Source of the DNA: Nitratidesulfovibrio vulgaris str. Hildenborough
Lineage (GTDB): Bacteria > Desulfobacterota > Desulfovibrionia > Desulfovibrionales > Desulfovibrionaceae
NCBI RefSeq assembly: GCF_000195755.1
Contig: NC_002937.3
Coordinates: 240,001 to 272,000 of the forward strand
Reading direction: 5' to 3'
Length of the DNA: 32,000 bases
Made by a program: the position numbers and the translations under genes. The notes beneath the pieces were generated by a model, which saw only the letters and a program-made list of their open reading frames with translations, was not told the origin of the DNA and did not search any database. This document shows positions 15,798 to 23,798 of this stretch, in pieces; within the stretch, counting starts at the first letter, position 1; the number at the start of each line of letters is the position of its first letter.

Positions 15798-16923
15798 CCA
15801 GACCGACAGGGCCGAGCGCATCGCCCTCGACATCGACGGCGTGCAATGGCTCGGCTGGGAAGAGGTGACCATAACCCGCGCCGTGGATGCCGTGGCAGGC
15901 TCCTTCGAACTGTCGCTTGCAGACCGCTGGGTCGAGGGCATGACGGCCCTGCCGCTGGCACCCGGTATGCGTTGCTCCATCCGCGCGGGCAGTGATGAAC
16001 TCATCAGGGGCCACATCGATGCGGTCAAGCCGAGCCTTGCCGCAACGCAGCACGCCATTCGCGTTTCCGGACGCGACGCCAGCGCCGACCTTGTGGACTG
16101 TGCGGCCCTGCATACCCCCGGTGAATGGCGGCAGATAACCTGCTCGAGGCTGGCCACAGCATTGGCCGCGCCCTTCGGGGTGCGCGTGCGATGTGAGGGC
16201 GCAGAGGGCGCACCCCTTGCCGTACACAAGATAGAGCCGGGCGAGACGGCGTGGGAATGCCTCGAGCGGGGCCTGCGCCAGCGAGAACTCATGGCCATGC
16301 CCGGCGCTGGTGGCGAGATCGTGCTCGTGGCCATCGGGGCAGGGCGGGCCACGACGGCACTGGTGCAGGGGCAGAACGTGCTCTCGGCCGAGGTCGAGTT
16401 CGACGCCCGCGACCGCTTCAGCGAGTACCGTGTGCTGGCCCAGCAGCGCGGTTCCGACACGGTGGACGCTGCCGGGGCCGCCTCGGTGGTGGCGACAGCC
16501 AGTGATCCCGTCATCGGTCGCTACCGCCCGCACGTCATCTCCGGGGAGACGCCCAAGGATGGTGCCACCGCCCGCCGCCGTGCGGAATGGGAGGCCAGCG
16601 TGCGCGCCGGGCGTTCCGTATCCGTCAACGTCACGGTGCAGGGGTGGCGGCAGGGCGACGGCTCGCTATGGCCGCTCAATGCCATGTGCCGCGTGGTTCT
16701 GCCGTGGCTGCGTATCGAGCAGGACCTCATGATCGGCAAGGTCGTGCATCGGCTCTCGTCCGGCGGCACCACCACCGCGCTCACCCTTCGCAGCCCGCTG
16801 GCCTTCGCGCAGGAGTTCGAGAAGAAGCTCAAGAAGGACAAGGACGGCAAGCCCGCCGACCTGTTGCAAGGGGCGCGCGAACTGTCTGAAGCGGAGAAGA
16901 CCCGCATCCTCAACGGAGAATAG
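15790..16923 (+). CDS. Baseplate hub / tail protein (Mu gpP / gp44-like)
   Basis: AAGGAGG lies 9 nt upstream of the GTG. IALDIDGVQWLGWEEVTITRAVDAVAGSFELSLADRW is typical of the Mu P family. Synteny supports the call. Confidence 0.8.
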   Translation: MRDQTDRAERIALDIDGVQWLGWEEVTITRAVDAVAGSFELSLADRWVEGMTALPLAPGMRCSIRAGSDELIRGHIDAVKPSLAATQHAIRVSGRDASADLVDCAALHTPGEWRQITCSRLATALAAPFGVRVRCEGAEGAPLAVHKIEPGETAWECLERGLRQRELMAMPGAGGEIVLVAIGAGRATTALVQGQNVLSAEVEFDARDRFSEYRVLAQQRGSDTVDAAGAASVVATASDPVIGRYRPHVISGETPKDGATARRRAEWEASVRAGRSVSVNVTVQGWRQGDGSLWPLNAMCRVVLPWLRIEQDLMIGKVVHRLSSGGTTTALTLRSPLAFAQEFEKKLKKDKDGKPADLLQGARELSEAEKTRILNGE

Positions 16924-16924
16924 G

Positions 16925-17563
16925 ATGGACCGCAACACCTTCAACAGGATGCTCGACCCCTTCAAGCGCAAGCTCTGCGGCATGGCCGCCCGTGCCGTGG
17001 TCAGGCTCGTGTCCGACGGGGTCAGGATGCAGGCCCTGCAACTGGGCCTTCTCGACGGCGAACTGGCCGACGGGGTGGAGCGTTTTCAGAACTACGGACT
17101 CACCTCGCATCCCCACCCGGGGGCCGAGGCCGCCGTGATCTTTCTCGGTGCCGACCGCGGGCACGGTGTGGCCATCGCCGTGGACGACCGGCGTTACCGT
17201 CTCGTGAGCCTACAGCCCGGCGAGGTGGCCCTCTACACCGACGAGGGCGATGTCATCCACCTCATGCGCGACAGGCGCATCAAGGTGTCGACGCTGCACC
17301 TCGAGGTGGAGGCGCAAGAGGATGTGACCATGACCACCAGGCGTTTCGGCGTCACGGCTTCAGAGGGAGTCACCTTCACCACTCCGGCCTTCACGGCGCG
17401 GGGGGCTGGCGGTGGTGCGGCCTCGGCCCGTTTCGAGGGCGCGCTCCATACCACGGGCGACCTCACCACCGATGCCGACGCCAAGGCCGGGGCCGTGTCG
17501 CTCCGCGCGCATACCCACCCGGAGACCAACGGCGCGGCGACCCTGCCGCCCATCGGAGGCTGA
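16925..17563 (+). CDS. Baseplate assembly protein V / spike (Mu gp45-like)
   Basis: ERFQNYGLTSHPHPGAEAAVIFLGADRGHGVAIAVDDRRYR...GEVALYTDEGD matches the gpV family pattern. Confidence 0.85.
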   Translation: MDRNTFNRMLDPFKRKLCGMAARAVVRLVSDGVRMQALQLGLLDGELADGVERFQNYGLTSHPHPGAEAAVIFLGADRGHGVAIAVDDRRYRLVSLQPGEVALYTDEGDVIHLMRDRRIKVSTLHLEVEAQEDVTMTTRRFGVTASEGVTFTTPAFTARGAGGGAASARFEGALHTTGDLTTDADAKAGAVSLRAHTHPETNGAATLPPIGG

Positions 17564-17564
17564 T

Positions 17565-18041
17565 GTGGCAGACCTGTTGCTGGCGTTCGGCAGTCTTGGT
17601 GCCGACCTCGCCCTGACCCATCTTGCCGGGGCCAAGGACCTTGCCATTGACGACGGCCTGCTCTCTGCCGTGGTGGTCAGCCTCTTCAGCGACCGCCTTG
17701 CCGACGGGGGCGACGAACTGCCCGCAGGCGAGGCCGACCGCCGGGGCTGGTGGGCCGACGCCACCCTGCCCGGCGGCAAGGACCGCATCGGCTCGCGCCT
17801 GTGGCTGCTGCGCCGCGAGAAGCAACTTCCCGAAGTGGTCGCCCGGGCGCGTGACTATGCGCTCGAGGCTCTGCAATGGCTCGTCGACGAGGGGCGGGTG
17901 GAGTCCCTTGAGGTGTTCGCCAGCGTGGTCGGGCCGGGCCACCTGCACATCACGGTGCAGCTGCGGCTGCCGCGCGGGGCTGGCGGGTGGCAACAGACGT
18001 TCGGCTACCGTCCGGAAACGAACCGGTTCGACCTTGCATAG
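17565..18041 (+). CDS. Baseplate protein, Mu gp46 (GP46) family
   Basis: GTG start with GGAGG 5 nt upstream. DLAIDDGLLSAVVVSLFSDRLA...RRGWWAD...GSRLWLLRREK matches the family signature. Confidence 0.8.
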   Translation: MADLLLAFGSLGADLALTHLAGAKDLAIDDGLLSAVVVSLFSDRLADGGDELPAGEADRRGWWADATLPGGKDRIGSRLWLLRREKQLPEVVARARDYALEALQWLVDEGRVESLEVFASVVGPGHLHITVQLRLPRGAGGWQQTFGYRPETNRFDLA

Positions 18042-18049
18042 GAGGCACC

Positions 18050-19111
18050 ATGCCCTTTGATCGTCCAAGTCTGCCTGCGCTGGTAGAGCGTGCCGAGTCC
18101 GATCTTTCGGCGCGGTTGCTCGACGGCGAGCAACCCCTCCGGCGTTCCGTGGCCGGGGTGCTGGCCCGGGTTACAGCAGGGCAGGCCCACATGCTCTATG
18201 GCTATCTCGACTGGCTGGCGCAGCAGCCCTTTCCGGACACGGCAGAGGCCGAGTATCTGGCCCGCCTTGCGCGGGTATGGGGCATCGGCCGCAAGCCCGC
18301 CGTGGCCGCAGCCGGAACCGTGACCCTGCAAGGTCAGCCTGGGGCCGTGCTGCCTGCCGGGCAGGAACTGCGGCGCGATGACGGAACCCTCTACCGGGTG
18401 CAGGCCGACAGCCACGCCGCCGGCGCGACGGTCACGGCCAGCGTGACCGCGCTTGTGGCAGGGCAGGGGGGCAACGTCGCCGCCGGGCAGTCTCTCATGC
18501 TGACTTCGCCCGTGGCCGGGTTGCAGCCCGTGGCGCAGGTGACGGGTAACGGCATCACCGGCGGGCTGGATGCCGAAGACGATGCGAGCCTTCGCGCCAG
18601 ACTGCTGCGACGCATTCAGGAACCGCCCCACGGCGGGGCCGCTGCCGACTATGTGGCGTGGGCACTCGAGGTGCCCGGCATCACCCGCGCGTGGGTCTAC
18701 CCGGGGCGAATGGGCGCGGGGACGGTGGGGGTGGCCGTGGTCGCCGATGGCCTGGCTTCAGGCCCCATCCCGGATAGCACGTTGCTGGCCAAGGTGCAGG
18801 CGCACCTTGAAGGCGTGCGCCCGGTCACCTGCGAGGTGACGGTGTTCGCGCCGCAGGTGCTGACCGTGCCCATCACCGTGCGCCTCGTGCCCGATAGCGA
18901 GGCCGTGCGTGCGGCGGTGCGGGCTGAACTGCGCGACCTGTTCGCCCGCGAATCCTCGCCCGGTGCGGTCATCAGGGTGTCGCACCTGCGCGAGGCCGTC
19001 TCCGTCTCACCCGGTGAGGAGGACCACGTCCTCCAATCCCCCACGGCGGACGTCGTGCCCGCCAGCCACCAGATGCCGGTGCTGGGCGACATCACCTTCG
19101 CCACGGCCTAG
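18050..19111 (+). CDS. Baseplate J-like protein (Mu gp47)
   Basis: GGAGG RBS, ~353 aa. FDRPSLPALVERAESDL...LDWLAQQPFPDTAEAEYLARLARVWGI is typical of the baseplate J family. Confidence 0.85.
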   Translation: MPFDRPSLPALVERAESDLSARLLDGEQPLRRSVAGVLARVTAGQAHMLYGYLDWLAQQPFPDTAEAEYLARLARVWGIGRKPAVAAAGTVTLQGQPGAVLPAGQELRRDDGTLYRVQADSHAAGATVTASVTALVAGQGGNVAAGQSLMLTSPVAGLQPVAQVTGNGITGGLDAEDDASLRARLLRRIQEPPHGGAAADYVAWALEVPGITRAWVYPGRMGAGTVGVAVVADGLASGPIPDSTLLAKVQAHLEGVRPVTCEVTVFAPQVLTVPITVRLVPDSEAVRAAVRAELRDLFARESSPGAVIRVSHLREAVSVSPGEEDHVLQSPTADVVPASHQMPVLGDITFATA

Positions 19112-19119
19112 GAGCACGC

Positions 19120-19746
19120 ATGCAACCCTACACAGAAGACGACTACGCCGCGCAACTCTTGCAGCTGTTGCCCCAAGGCCCGGCATGGCCGCGTGACCCG
19201 GAGGCCGTGCTCACGGCCCTTGCGCGGGCGCTGGCCATGGAACCTGCCCGCGTGGATGCCACAGGCCACCGTCTGCTTGCGGAGATGGACCCGGCGCAGG
19301 CGCTGGCCCTGCTGCCGGAGTGGGAACGTGTCTGCGGCCTGCCTGACGGATGCTCGCAACCGGGCGAGACCATCGCCGAACGCCGCGAGAACGTGGTGCT
19401 CCGCCTTTCCGCCCGTGGCGGGCAGACCCCGGAATACTATGCGGAACTGGCGACGCTGCTGGCCGGGGGCGTCTGCACCGTGCGGGAGTACCGGCCTTTC
19501 AGGGTGGGGCATTCCGCCGTTGGCCAGCCCCTCTCCAACGGGGCGTGGGTGCATACCTTCACCATCGGTGCTCCCTCCGTTCCGGTGCGGGGCTTCGCCG
19601 TGGGTGCCGGTGCGGCAGGCGAACCCCTGCGCCGCTGGGGGCATGAGCGGCTCGAGTGCGTCATCAGGCGGCTGAAGCCCGCGCACACCCATGTGATCTT
19701 CACCTATGGCGCAGCCAGCGCCCAGCAAGGAGCGACCCATGCATAG
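19120..19746 (+). CDS. Tail protein, Mu gp48 / YmfQ (DUF2313) family
   Basis: YAAQLLQLLPQGPAWPRDPE...LLPEWERVCGLP...RRENVVLRL is the characteristic family pattern. Confidence 0.8.
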   Translation: MQPYTEDDYAAQLLQLLPQGPAWPRDPEAVLTALARALAMEPARVDATGHRLLAEMDPAQALALLPEWERVCGLPDGCSQPGETIAERRENVVLRLSARGGQTPEYYAELATLLAGGVCTVREYRPFRVGHSAVGQPLSNGAWVHTFTIGAPSVPVRGFAVGAGAAGEPLRRWGHERLECVIRRLKPAHTHVIFTYGAASAQQGATHA

Positions 19747-20755
19747 AATCGACGGCCCCGGTGCCACGCAAGACAACCGTTTCACCGATGGCGACCCCAC
19801 GGCAGGCATTCCGCCTACCATCGTTACCGACGACTGGGCCAACGCCGTGCAGGAAGAACTTTCGGGCGTCATCGAGGGCGCGGGCCTCACGCTGGACAAG
19901 GCGAAGCACGACCAGCTGAAGGCCGCCATCACCAAGATGATAACCGACCGGGCCGCACCGCTGGCCACCACGGAACAGGCGGGGCTTGTGGAACTGGCCA
20001 CCCCGGCGGAGGTGCTGACGGGCACGGATGCAGACCGGGGCGTGACCCCAGCAGGGCTGGCGAACCTGCTGCACAACCTCACCACCCCAGCGCAGTTCGC
20101 CCGCGACAAAAAAGCCGCCACCACGGAGTTCGTGCAGCGGGCACTTGGCAACTTCGCAGGCATGACAGGCTACGCAGCCAGCACGACCCTTGAAGCCGGT
20201 GACTGCGGCAAAGTCATCATGGCACAAGGGGCAGGGTTGACGTTCACGCTGCCGCAGGCGTCATCCGTCCCTCAAGGCTCGGTGATTGAAATCTACGGAA
20301 ACGGCGCGGGCGTCATGGTAGCGCGGCAAGGTTCCGACACGCTGGTGAACGGCCTTGCGGGGCCTGCCACGAGCATTGCCATTGGCGGCTACGACACCGC
20401 CCGATTCGTGGCCGTGTCGAGTGCATGGTACGTGCTGGGCGGCTCAATCCACCTTACCGGAGCCTCGAATACGGCCGCCAACCTGACGTCCACCGGTTAT
20501 CAGCGGTTCCCGAGCGGGCTGCTATGGCAGTGGACGCACATCACCGATGCAATCGCCGCAGGGGGCAACAGGGTGCTGACGTTCCCTTACGCCTTCCCGG
20601 CGTCGGTGCTGTTCGCTCATGCGACAGCCCGTCACGGCCAGCAGGCGGGCGCGGGTGCTCTCTCCGTCGTCATATCCGGCTTACAAAGCGTGACCGTCTA
20701 CAACAACGGGGCTGCCGCCGTGAACGGTGCATTCCTCACCGCGCTTGGATTCTAG
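19739..20755 (+). CDS. Tail fibre protein (conserved N-terminal baseplate-attachment region, gp53-like C-terminal receptor-binding domain)
   Basis: AAGGAG RBS. N-terminus MHRIDGPGATQDNRFTDGDPTAGIPPTIVTDDWANAVQEEL is common to many myovirus fibres. C-terminus: GYQRFPSGLLWQWTH...FPYAFP. Confidence 0.8.
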   Translation: MHRIDGPGATQDNRFTDGDPTAGIPPTIVTDDWANAVQEELSGVIEGAGLTLDKAKHDQLKAAITKMITDRAAPLATTEQAGLVELATPAEVLTGTDADRGVTPAGLANLLHNLTTPAQFARDKKAATTEFVQRALGNFAGMTGYAASTTLEAGDCGKVIMAQGAGLTFTLPQASSVPQGSVIEIYGNGAGVMVARQGSDTLVNGLAGPATSIAIGGYDTARFVAVSSAWYVLGGSIHLTGASNTAANLTSTGYQRFPSGLLWQWTHITDAIAAGGNRVLTFPYAFPASVLFAHATARHGQQAGAGALSVVISGLQSVTVYNNGAAAVNGAFLTALGF

Positions 20756-20764
20756 GAGGACAGG

Positions 20765-21208
20765 ATGATTTTCTATTCGCCCCAGACAGGCGGCTTCTAT
20801 GCCGCCCACCTTCATGCCCACATACCGGCCGACGCGGTGGCCATCACCGCCGAAGAGCACACCGCACTGCTGGAAGCGCAGACGCGGGGCTTTGTCATCC
20901 GGCCGGATAGTGCAGGGCGACCCGTGGCTATGGCAGCACCGGGGCCTTCACTGGCCGATGCCAAAGCCGCCAAACGTGCGGAGATTGCCGCCGGGCATGA
21001 TGCCGCCCTCGCGGGTGTGGTGGCTATCTCCGACCCCACGCCCACCGTTGTGGCTGTTGAAGCTGCACTGCTGGCCACCACCGACCCAACCGGGCTGGAC
21101 TATGCCCGGCAGAAGCTGGCCACGCGCCGGGCAGAACTTGAAGCGATGGTTGAAGCCGCGCAGACGGTGGAATCGGTCATGGCCGTGGCGGTGAGCTATC
21201 CGGTGTAG
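20765..21208 (+). CDS. Tail fibre assembly chaperone
   Basis: AGGAGG RBS. N-terminus MIFYSPQTGGFY is typical of Caudovirales tail fibre assembly proteins. It lies directly after the fibre gene. Confidence 0.65.
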   Translation: MIFYSPQTGGFYAAHLHAHIPADAVAITAEEHTALLEAQTRGFVIRPDSAGRPVAMAAPGPSLADAKAAKRAEIAAGHDAALAGVVAISDPTPTVVAVEAALLATTDPTGLDYARQKLATRRAELEAMVEAAQTVESVMAVAVSYPV

Positions 21209-21267
21209 GCGTACCATCGTTGCTATGGCCTCTACAGGGGGGCGACGTTTCGCGCTATGATGCCTTC

Positions 21268-21549
21268 ATGCGTGAACCGTTTGACCCCCACAAGAAGCTC
21301 TTCAGCCTTGGCTGTACGCCGTGCCTGCACCGCAAGCCCGACGGAACGCCCTACATCTATCTGCGCTACTGGCGGCGTGTCATACCCGGAGAGCGCCGCA
21401 AGTGCGAGTACATCGCCGAGATGTGGCGCAGGCTGCTCATCCTGCAACTGGACGTCCGCAAGGGCCAGCAGCCGCGTAGCGTGCGTGCGTTGCTGGCCCA
21501 CGGCACCATAGAGGTGCGGCAGGGCAGGTATGTGCGGCCAGCGGGGTGA
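21268..21549 (+). CDS. Hypothetical protein (93 aa from first ATG; ORF opens at 21220)
   Basis: High GC3 on the plus frame favours this strand over the antisense ORF at 21232-21606. No family recognised. Confidence 0.45.
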   Translation: MREPFDPHKKLFSLGCTPCLHRKPDGTPYIYLRYWRRVIPGERRKCEYIAEMWRRLLILQLDVRKGQQPRSVRALLAHGTIEVRQGRYVRPAG

Positions 21550-21582
21550 AAGCAGCCGGATAAACTGCCCGCCATTAGATCT

Positions 21583-21646
21583 ATACAAAATACACACGGT
21601 ACACACTTTTTGCTTGACTCAAGTGTGTACCGTGTGTATTTTGTAT
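21583..21646. repeat. Perfect 24-bp inverted repeat (ATACAAAATACACACGGTACACAC / GTGTGTACCGTGTGTATTTTGTAT) with 16-nt spacer, ending 2 nt before the hicA ATG
   Basis: Arms at 21583-21606 and 21623-21646 are exact reverse complements. The repeat sits at the high-GC to low-GC transition. Confidence 0.9.
21614..21642 (+). promoter_or_regulatory. Putative sigma70-type promoter of hicAB (TTGACT-17 nt-TATTTT) embedded in the palindrome
   Basis: The -35 (21614-21619) is in the spacer and the -10 (21637-21642) is in the right arm. The predicted start lies ~7 nt downstream, at the A of ATG 21649. There is no SD upstream of hicA. Confidence 0.5.
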
Positions 21647-21648
21647 TC

Positions 21649-21831
21649 ATGAAGACGACGGAACTGGTAAAACGGCTGAAGGGGCTAGGGTTTCAAGAGG
21701 TCGGGGGTAAAAAGCACATCAAATACAGACACCCCGACGGAAGATGGACGGTCATCAGCAAGGGTAGCCACGAAATCTCCGTCGACCTCTTGAAGAACAT
21801 GGAAAAGCAAATCAAGGAAAAACTAACGTAA
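21649..21831 (+). CDS. hicA: HicA-family toxin (mRNA interferase)
   Basis: 60 aa. MKTTELVKRLKGLGFQEVGGKKHIKYRHPDGRWTVISKGSHEISVDLLKNMEKQI matches the HicA pattern (K-x-L-x-x-GF...HxxxxHP...). It is followed by hicB. Confidence 0.85.
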   Translation: MKTTELVKRLKGLGFQEVGGKKHIKYRHPDGRWTVISKGSHEISVDLLKNMEKQIKEKLT

Positions 21832-21833
21832 AC

Positions 21834-21859
21834 AGGAGGGGGGCTCCCCCCCCCCTCCT
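21834..21859 (+). promoter_or_regulatory. G6/C10 homopolymer stem-loop between hicA and hicB (AGGAGGGGGG ctcccc CCCCCCTCCT)
   Basis: The 10-bp stem sequesters an AGGAGG that is too far from hicB to act as its SD. The real hicB SD (GGAG, 21863-21866) lies just outside the stem. Confidence 0.55.
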
Positions 21860-21874
21860 CACGGAGATTATACT

Positions 21875-22270
21875 ATGCGCTACCCTCTCCTCGTATCCAA
21901 AGACGCGGGCAGCAGTTACGGCGGTATTCTTCCGGACTTCCCCGGCTGCTATCCTATGGGTGAGACTCTCGACGAACTGCTCGACAACGTACAAGACGCT
22001 GTCGAAACGTGGATGCTCGGCGAAGACCCCGAGATATTCCCGCAGCCGTCTCGGCTTGAAGACGTGCAGCGGCTCGAAGAGGCCGATGGCAAGGTGCTTC
22101 TGTTGGTGGAGGTGAACCCGGACTTTCTGGATAGCACTCCGCAGCGCATCAATATCACTGTGCCGCGTTACGCTCTTGGGCTTATCGACAAAGCCGCCAA
22201 GGCATCTGGCTCAACCCGGTCAGCCTATCTGGTAAGCTCGGCACTCGAGCGAGTGCAGCCACGAGGGTAA
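21875..22270 (+). CDS. hicB: HicB-family antitoxin with C-terminal ribbon-helix-helix (CopG-like) DNA-binding domain
   Basis: The N-terminus (YPLLVSKDAGSSYGGILPDFPGCYPMGETLDELLDNVQDAVETWM) is HicB-like. The C-terminus (RINITVPRYALGLIDKAAKASGSTRSAYLVSSALE) is RHH-like. Confidence 0.85.
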   Translation: MRYPLLVSKDAGSSYGGILPDFPGCYPMGETLDELLDNVQDAVETWMLGEDPEIFPQPSRLEDVQRLEEADGKVLLLVEVNPDFLDSTPQRINITVPRYALGLIDKAAKASGSTRSAYLVSSALERVQPRG

Positions 22271-22275
22271 TAAGA

Positions 22276-22322
22276 AAGCAGGCAGGTCGGGGGTCCCGGC
22301 TTGCCTGCTTGAAGTTGTTTTG
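22276..22322. terminator. Bidirectional stem-loop terminator between convergent hicB and the minus-strand cassette
   Basis: AAGCAGGCA...TGCCTGCTT outer 9 bp plus GC-rich inner pairs (22276-22310). T-rich GAAGTTGTTTTGTG follows on the plus strand and TTTCTTA on the minus strand. Confidence 0.6.
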
Positions 22323-22360
22323 TGCTGTCTTCGATGTGTCAAATGAGCTTTTGTGAACGA

Positions 22361-22606
22361 CTATTCATAATGGCTTGCGGCCTCGTCAAACGCTTCACAA
22401 AACTCTTCATGATCTTTTTTCCACTGCGCTATAAATACTGGGGCACATTTTTGACAGACGTACCATTTTTGTGGACGGGGAACGGGGCAAGGGTCACGGA
22501 AAAAAGTTAGCCCCGTTGGATCGTCGCACATATTACAAAGGCCTTCATTGTCGTCGGACAGTATAAGCTCAGGGCACTGCTCCTCAATGGCTTCCTTCGA
22601 CATCAT
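22361..22606 (-). CDS. Small Cys-rich protein (81 aa; two CxxC pairs, putative zinc ribbon)
   Basis: MM start preceded by AAAGGAG 8 nt upstream. Seven Cys residues, including C24xxC27 and C51xxC54. The longer 145-aa ORF form overlaps the upstream gene and lacks an RBS. Confidence 0.6.
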   Translation of the reverse strand: MMSKEAIEEQCPELILSDDNEGLCNMCDDPTGLTFFRDPCPVPRPQKWYVCQKCAPVFIAQWKKDHEEFCEAFDEAASHYE

Positions 22607-22656
22607 AGGATTATCTCCTTTGGTGTTGGCGGTGGTTGGTAGCAAATATAGCTGTT

Positions 22657-23796
22657 CTATTGCGTCTTCACCTTGATATACCAGTAGTCGACGTGCGGCC
22701 CGGCGGCATGTGCTTCTGCTGTCTTCCAGCCATCCCAGCGAACGACGGAGGAGGACGCGAACATCGGCGGAACGGTGATGCCAATGGCTTGCCCGCAAGC
22801 AGGCCCGAAGGGGACCGGACTACCCGGATGGATGGTTATCCAATCGGCTTTGCCGCTGATGTAGACGATCTCGACCTCGGTACCGTCCTTGAGCTTGTAA
22901 TAGGCGCGTTGACCATACTTGCTCTTTTCCGTGTCAGTGGGCTTGCCGAGCATTTTGGACACTGCTCCGGTGTCTTTCCCGGCAACGGTGGCAATGTCCA
23001 TAAGCCGCTCTGTGGTGGCGGATGCCGCGCCTGCGGGAGGCAACTCGGGGCATTCAGCCTTGCCCAATTCCACCCATGTGCCAGTCGGCTGGTCCTCGTC
23101 GAGCACGCGGACCACAGCGCCCCCGATGCCATTTGCCGCCAATGTGCCGCAAAATCCTTGTGCAAGCCCGTTGTATGCGCCCGGCTTTTTGCCCTGCCCC
23201 GTGACTCCCACCAGTAGGGACGGGACAAAGCCCTTGCTGTTCCACGCGGCACTCCGTACGAGCTTGTGCTTCTGAACAGTCGCCAAGGCCGCTGCGTACG
23301 CCTCCTGTCGAATGGTCGGATTCCGCATGTCGGACGCGGTATATGTGAGCCAAACGCGCTCTTTCCCTTGCTCGCCAGCGCGTACTACCAAGGCATGGGT
23401 GTCGGGTTTGATTTGCCATAGGTTGCGAACGCATGGCTCTGGAAGCCCCTTGCAGGCCGCGTCCTTCTCCTGTGGTGCCCCATAGTCCTTGGCTACACTT
23501 GCTGAAAGAGCGTTGTACCAAGCGGCTATGTCGCCTTGAGCTATGCCGTCAGGTATGATGCCAATGCTGTATAGGCCTCCGTCAAAATTGAAGGCCATCT
23601 TGCCGGGGCCATTGCCGACTTCGATGTCGTAGATCATGACTTTGTCGGTCTTATGGGCAAGGTGGTTGTCGGTTACGTTCGACTCGATGGCAGACTGGGG
23701 GGACCCCCAAGGCCATCTATCTAGCTCCACCACGTCTTTCGCCTGCGTAGGAACGGCCCAGAGGCAGACGAAGACCATCAACCATCCGCACCGCAT
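22657..23796 (-). CDS. Secreted (periplasmic) protein of unknown function, 379 aa
   Basis: N-terminal Sec-type signal peptide MRCGWLMVFVCLWAVPTQA|KD. Its start lies 2 nt after the YfbU-like stop. No catalytic motif recognised. Confidence 0.7.
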   Translation of the reverse strand: MRCGWLMVFVCLWAVPTQAKDVVELDRWPWGSPQSAIESNVTDNHLAHKTDKVMIYDIEVGNGPGKMAFNFDGGLYSIGIIPDGIAQGDIAAWYNALSASVAKDYGAPQEKDAACKGLPEPCVRNLWQIKPDTHALVVRAGEQGKERVWLTYTASDMRNPTIRQEAYAAALATVQKHKLVRSAAWNSKGFVPSLLVGVTGQGKKPGAYNGLAQGFCGTLAANGIGGAVVRVLDEDQPTGTWVELGKAECPELPPAGAASATTERLMDIATVAGKDTGAVSKMLGKPTDTEKSKYGQRAYYKLKDGTEVEIVYISGKADWITIHPGSPVPFGPACGQAIGITVPPMFASSSVVRWDGWKTAEAHAAGPHVDYWYIKVKTQ

Positions 23797-23798
23797 AG

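Noticed and set aside
10436-19746. Transposable Mu-like phage, suggested by the Mu-type tail genes
   Set aside because: The window has a tyrosine integrase, an excisionase, tRNA-adjacent integration and a lambda GpA-type terminase. No MuA/MuB-like transposition genes are seen. Only the tail module is Mu-like.
19739-21549. Diversity-generating retroelement or invertible (Gin/Cin-type) tail-fibre switching
   Set aside because: No reverse transcriptase, template/variable repeat pair, invertase gene or inverted fibre-tip cassette is visible downstream of the fibre and chaperone genes.
22322-22510. 62-aa plus-strand ORF, and other short ORFs antisense to the cassette (for example 22636-23217, 23872-24108)
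   Set aside because: They have no RBS and are antisense to genes with better support (signal peptide, YfbU similarity, coupled starts).
22361-22798. 145-aa long form of the Cys-rich ORF
   Set aside because: The upstream 64 codons overlap the 3' end of the 379-aa gene in another frame and lack an RBS. The internal MM start at 22606 has a strong AAAGGAG and gives a compact Cys-rich protein.
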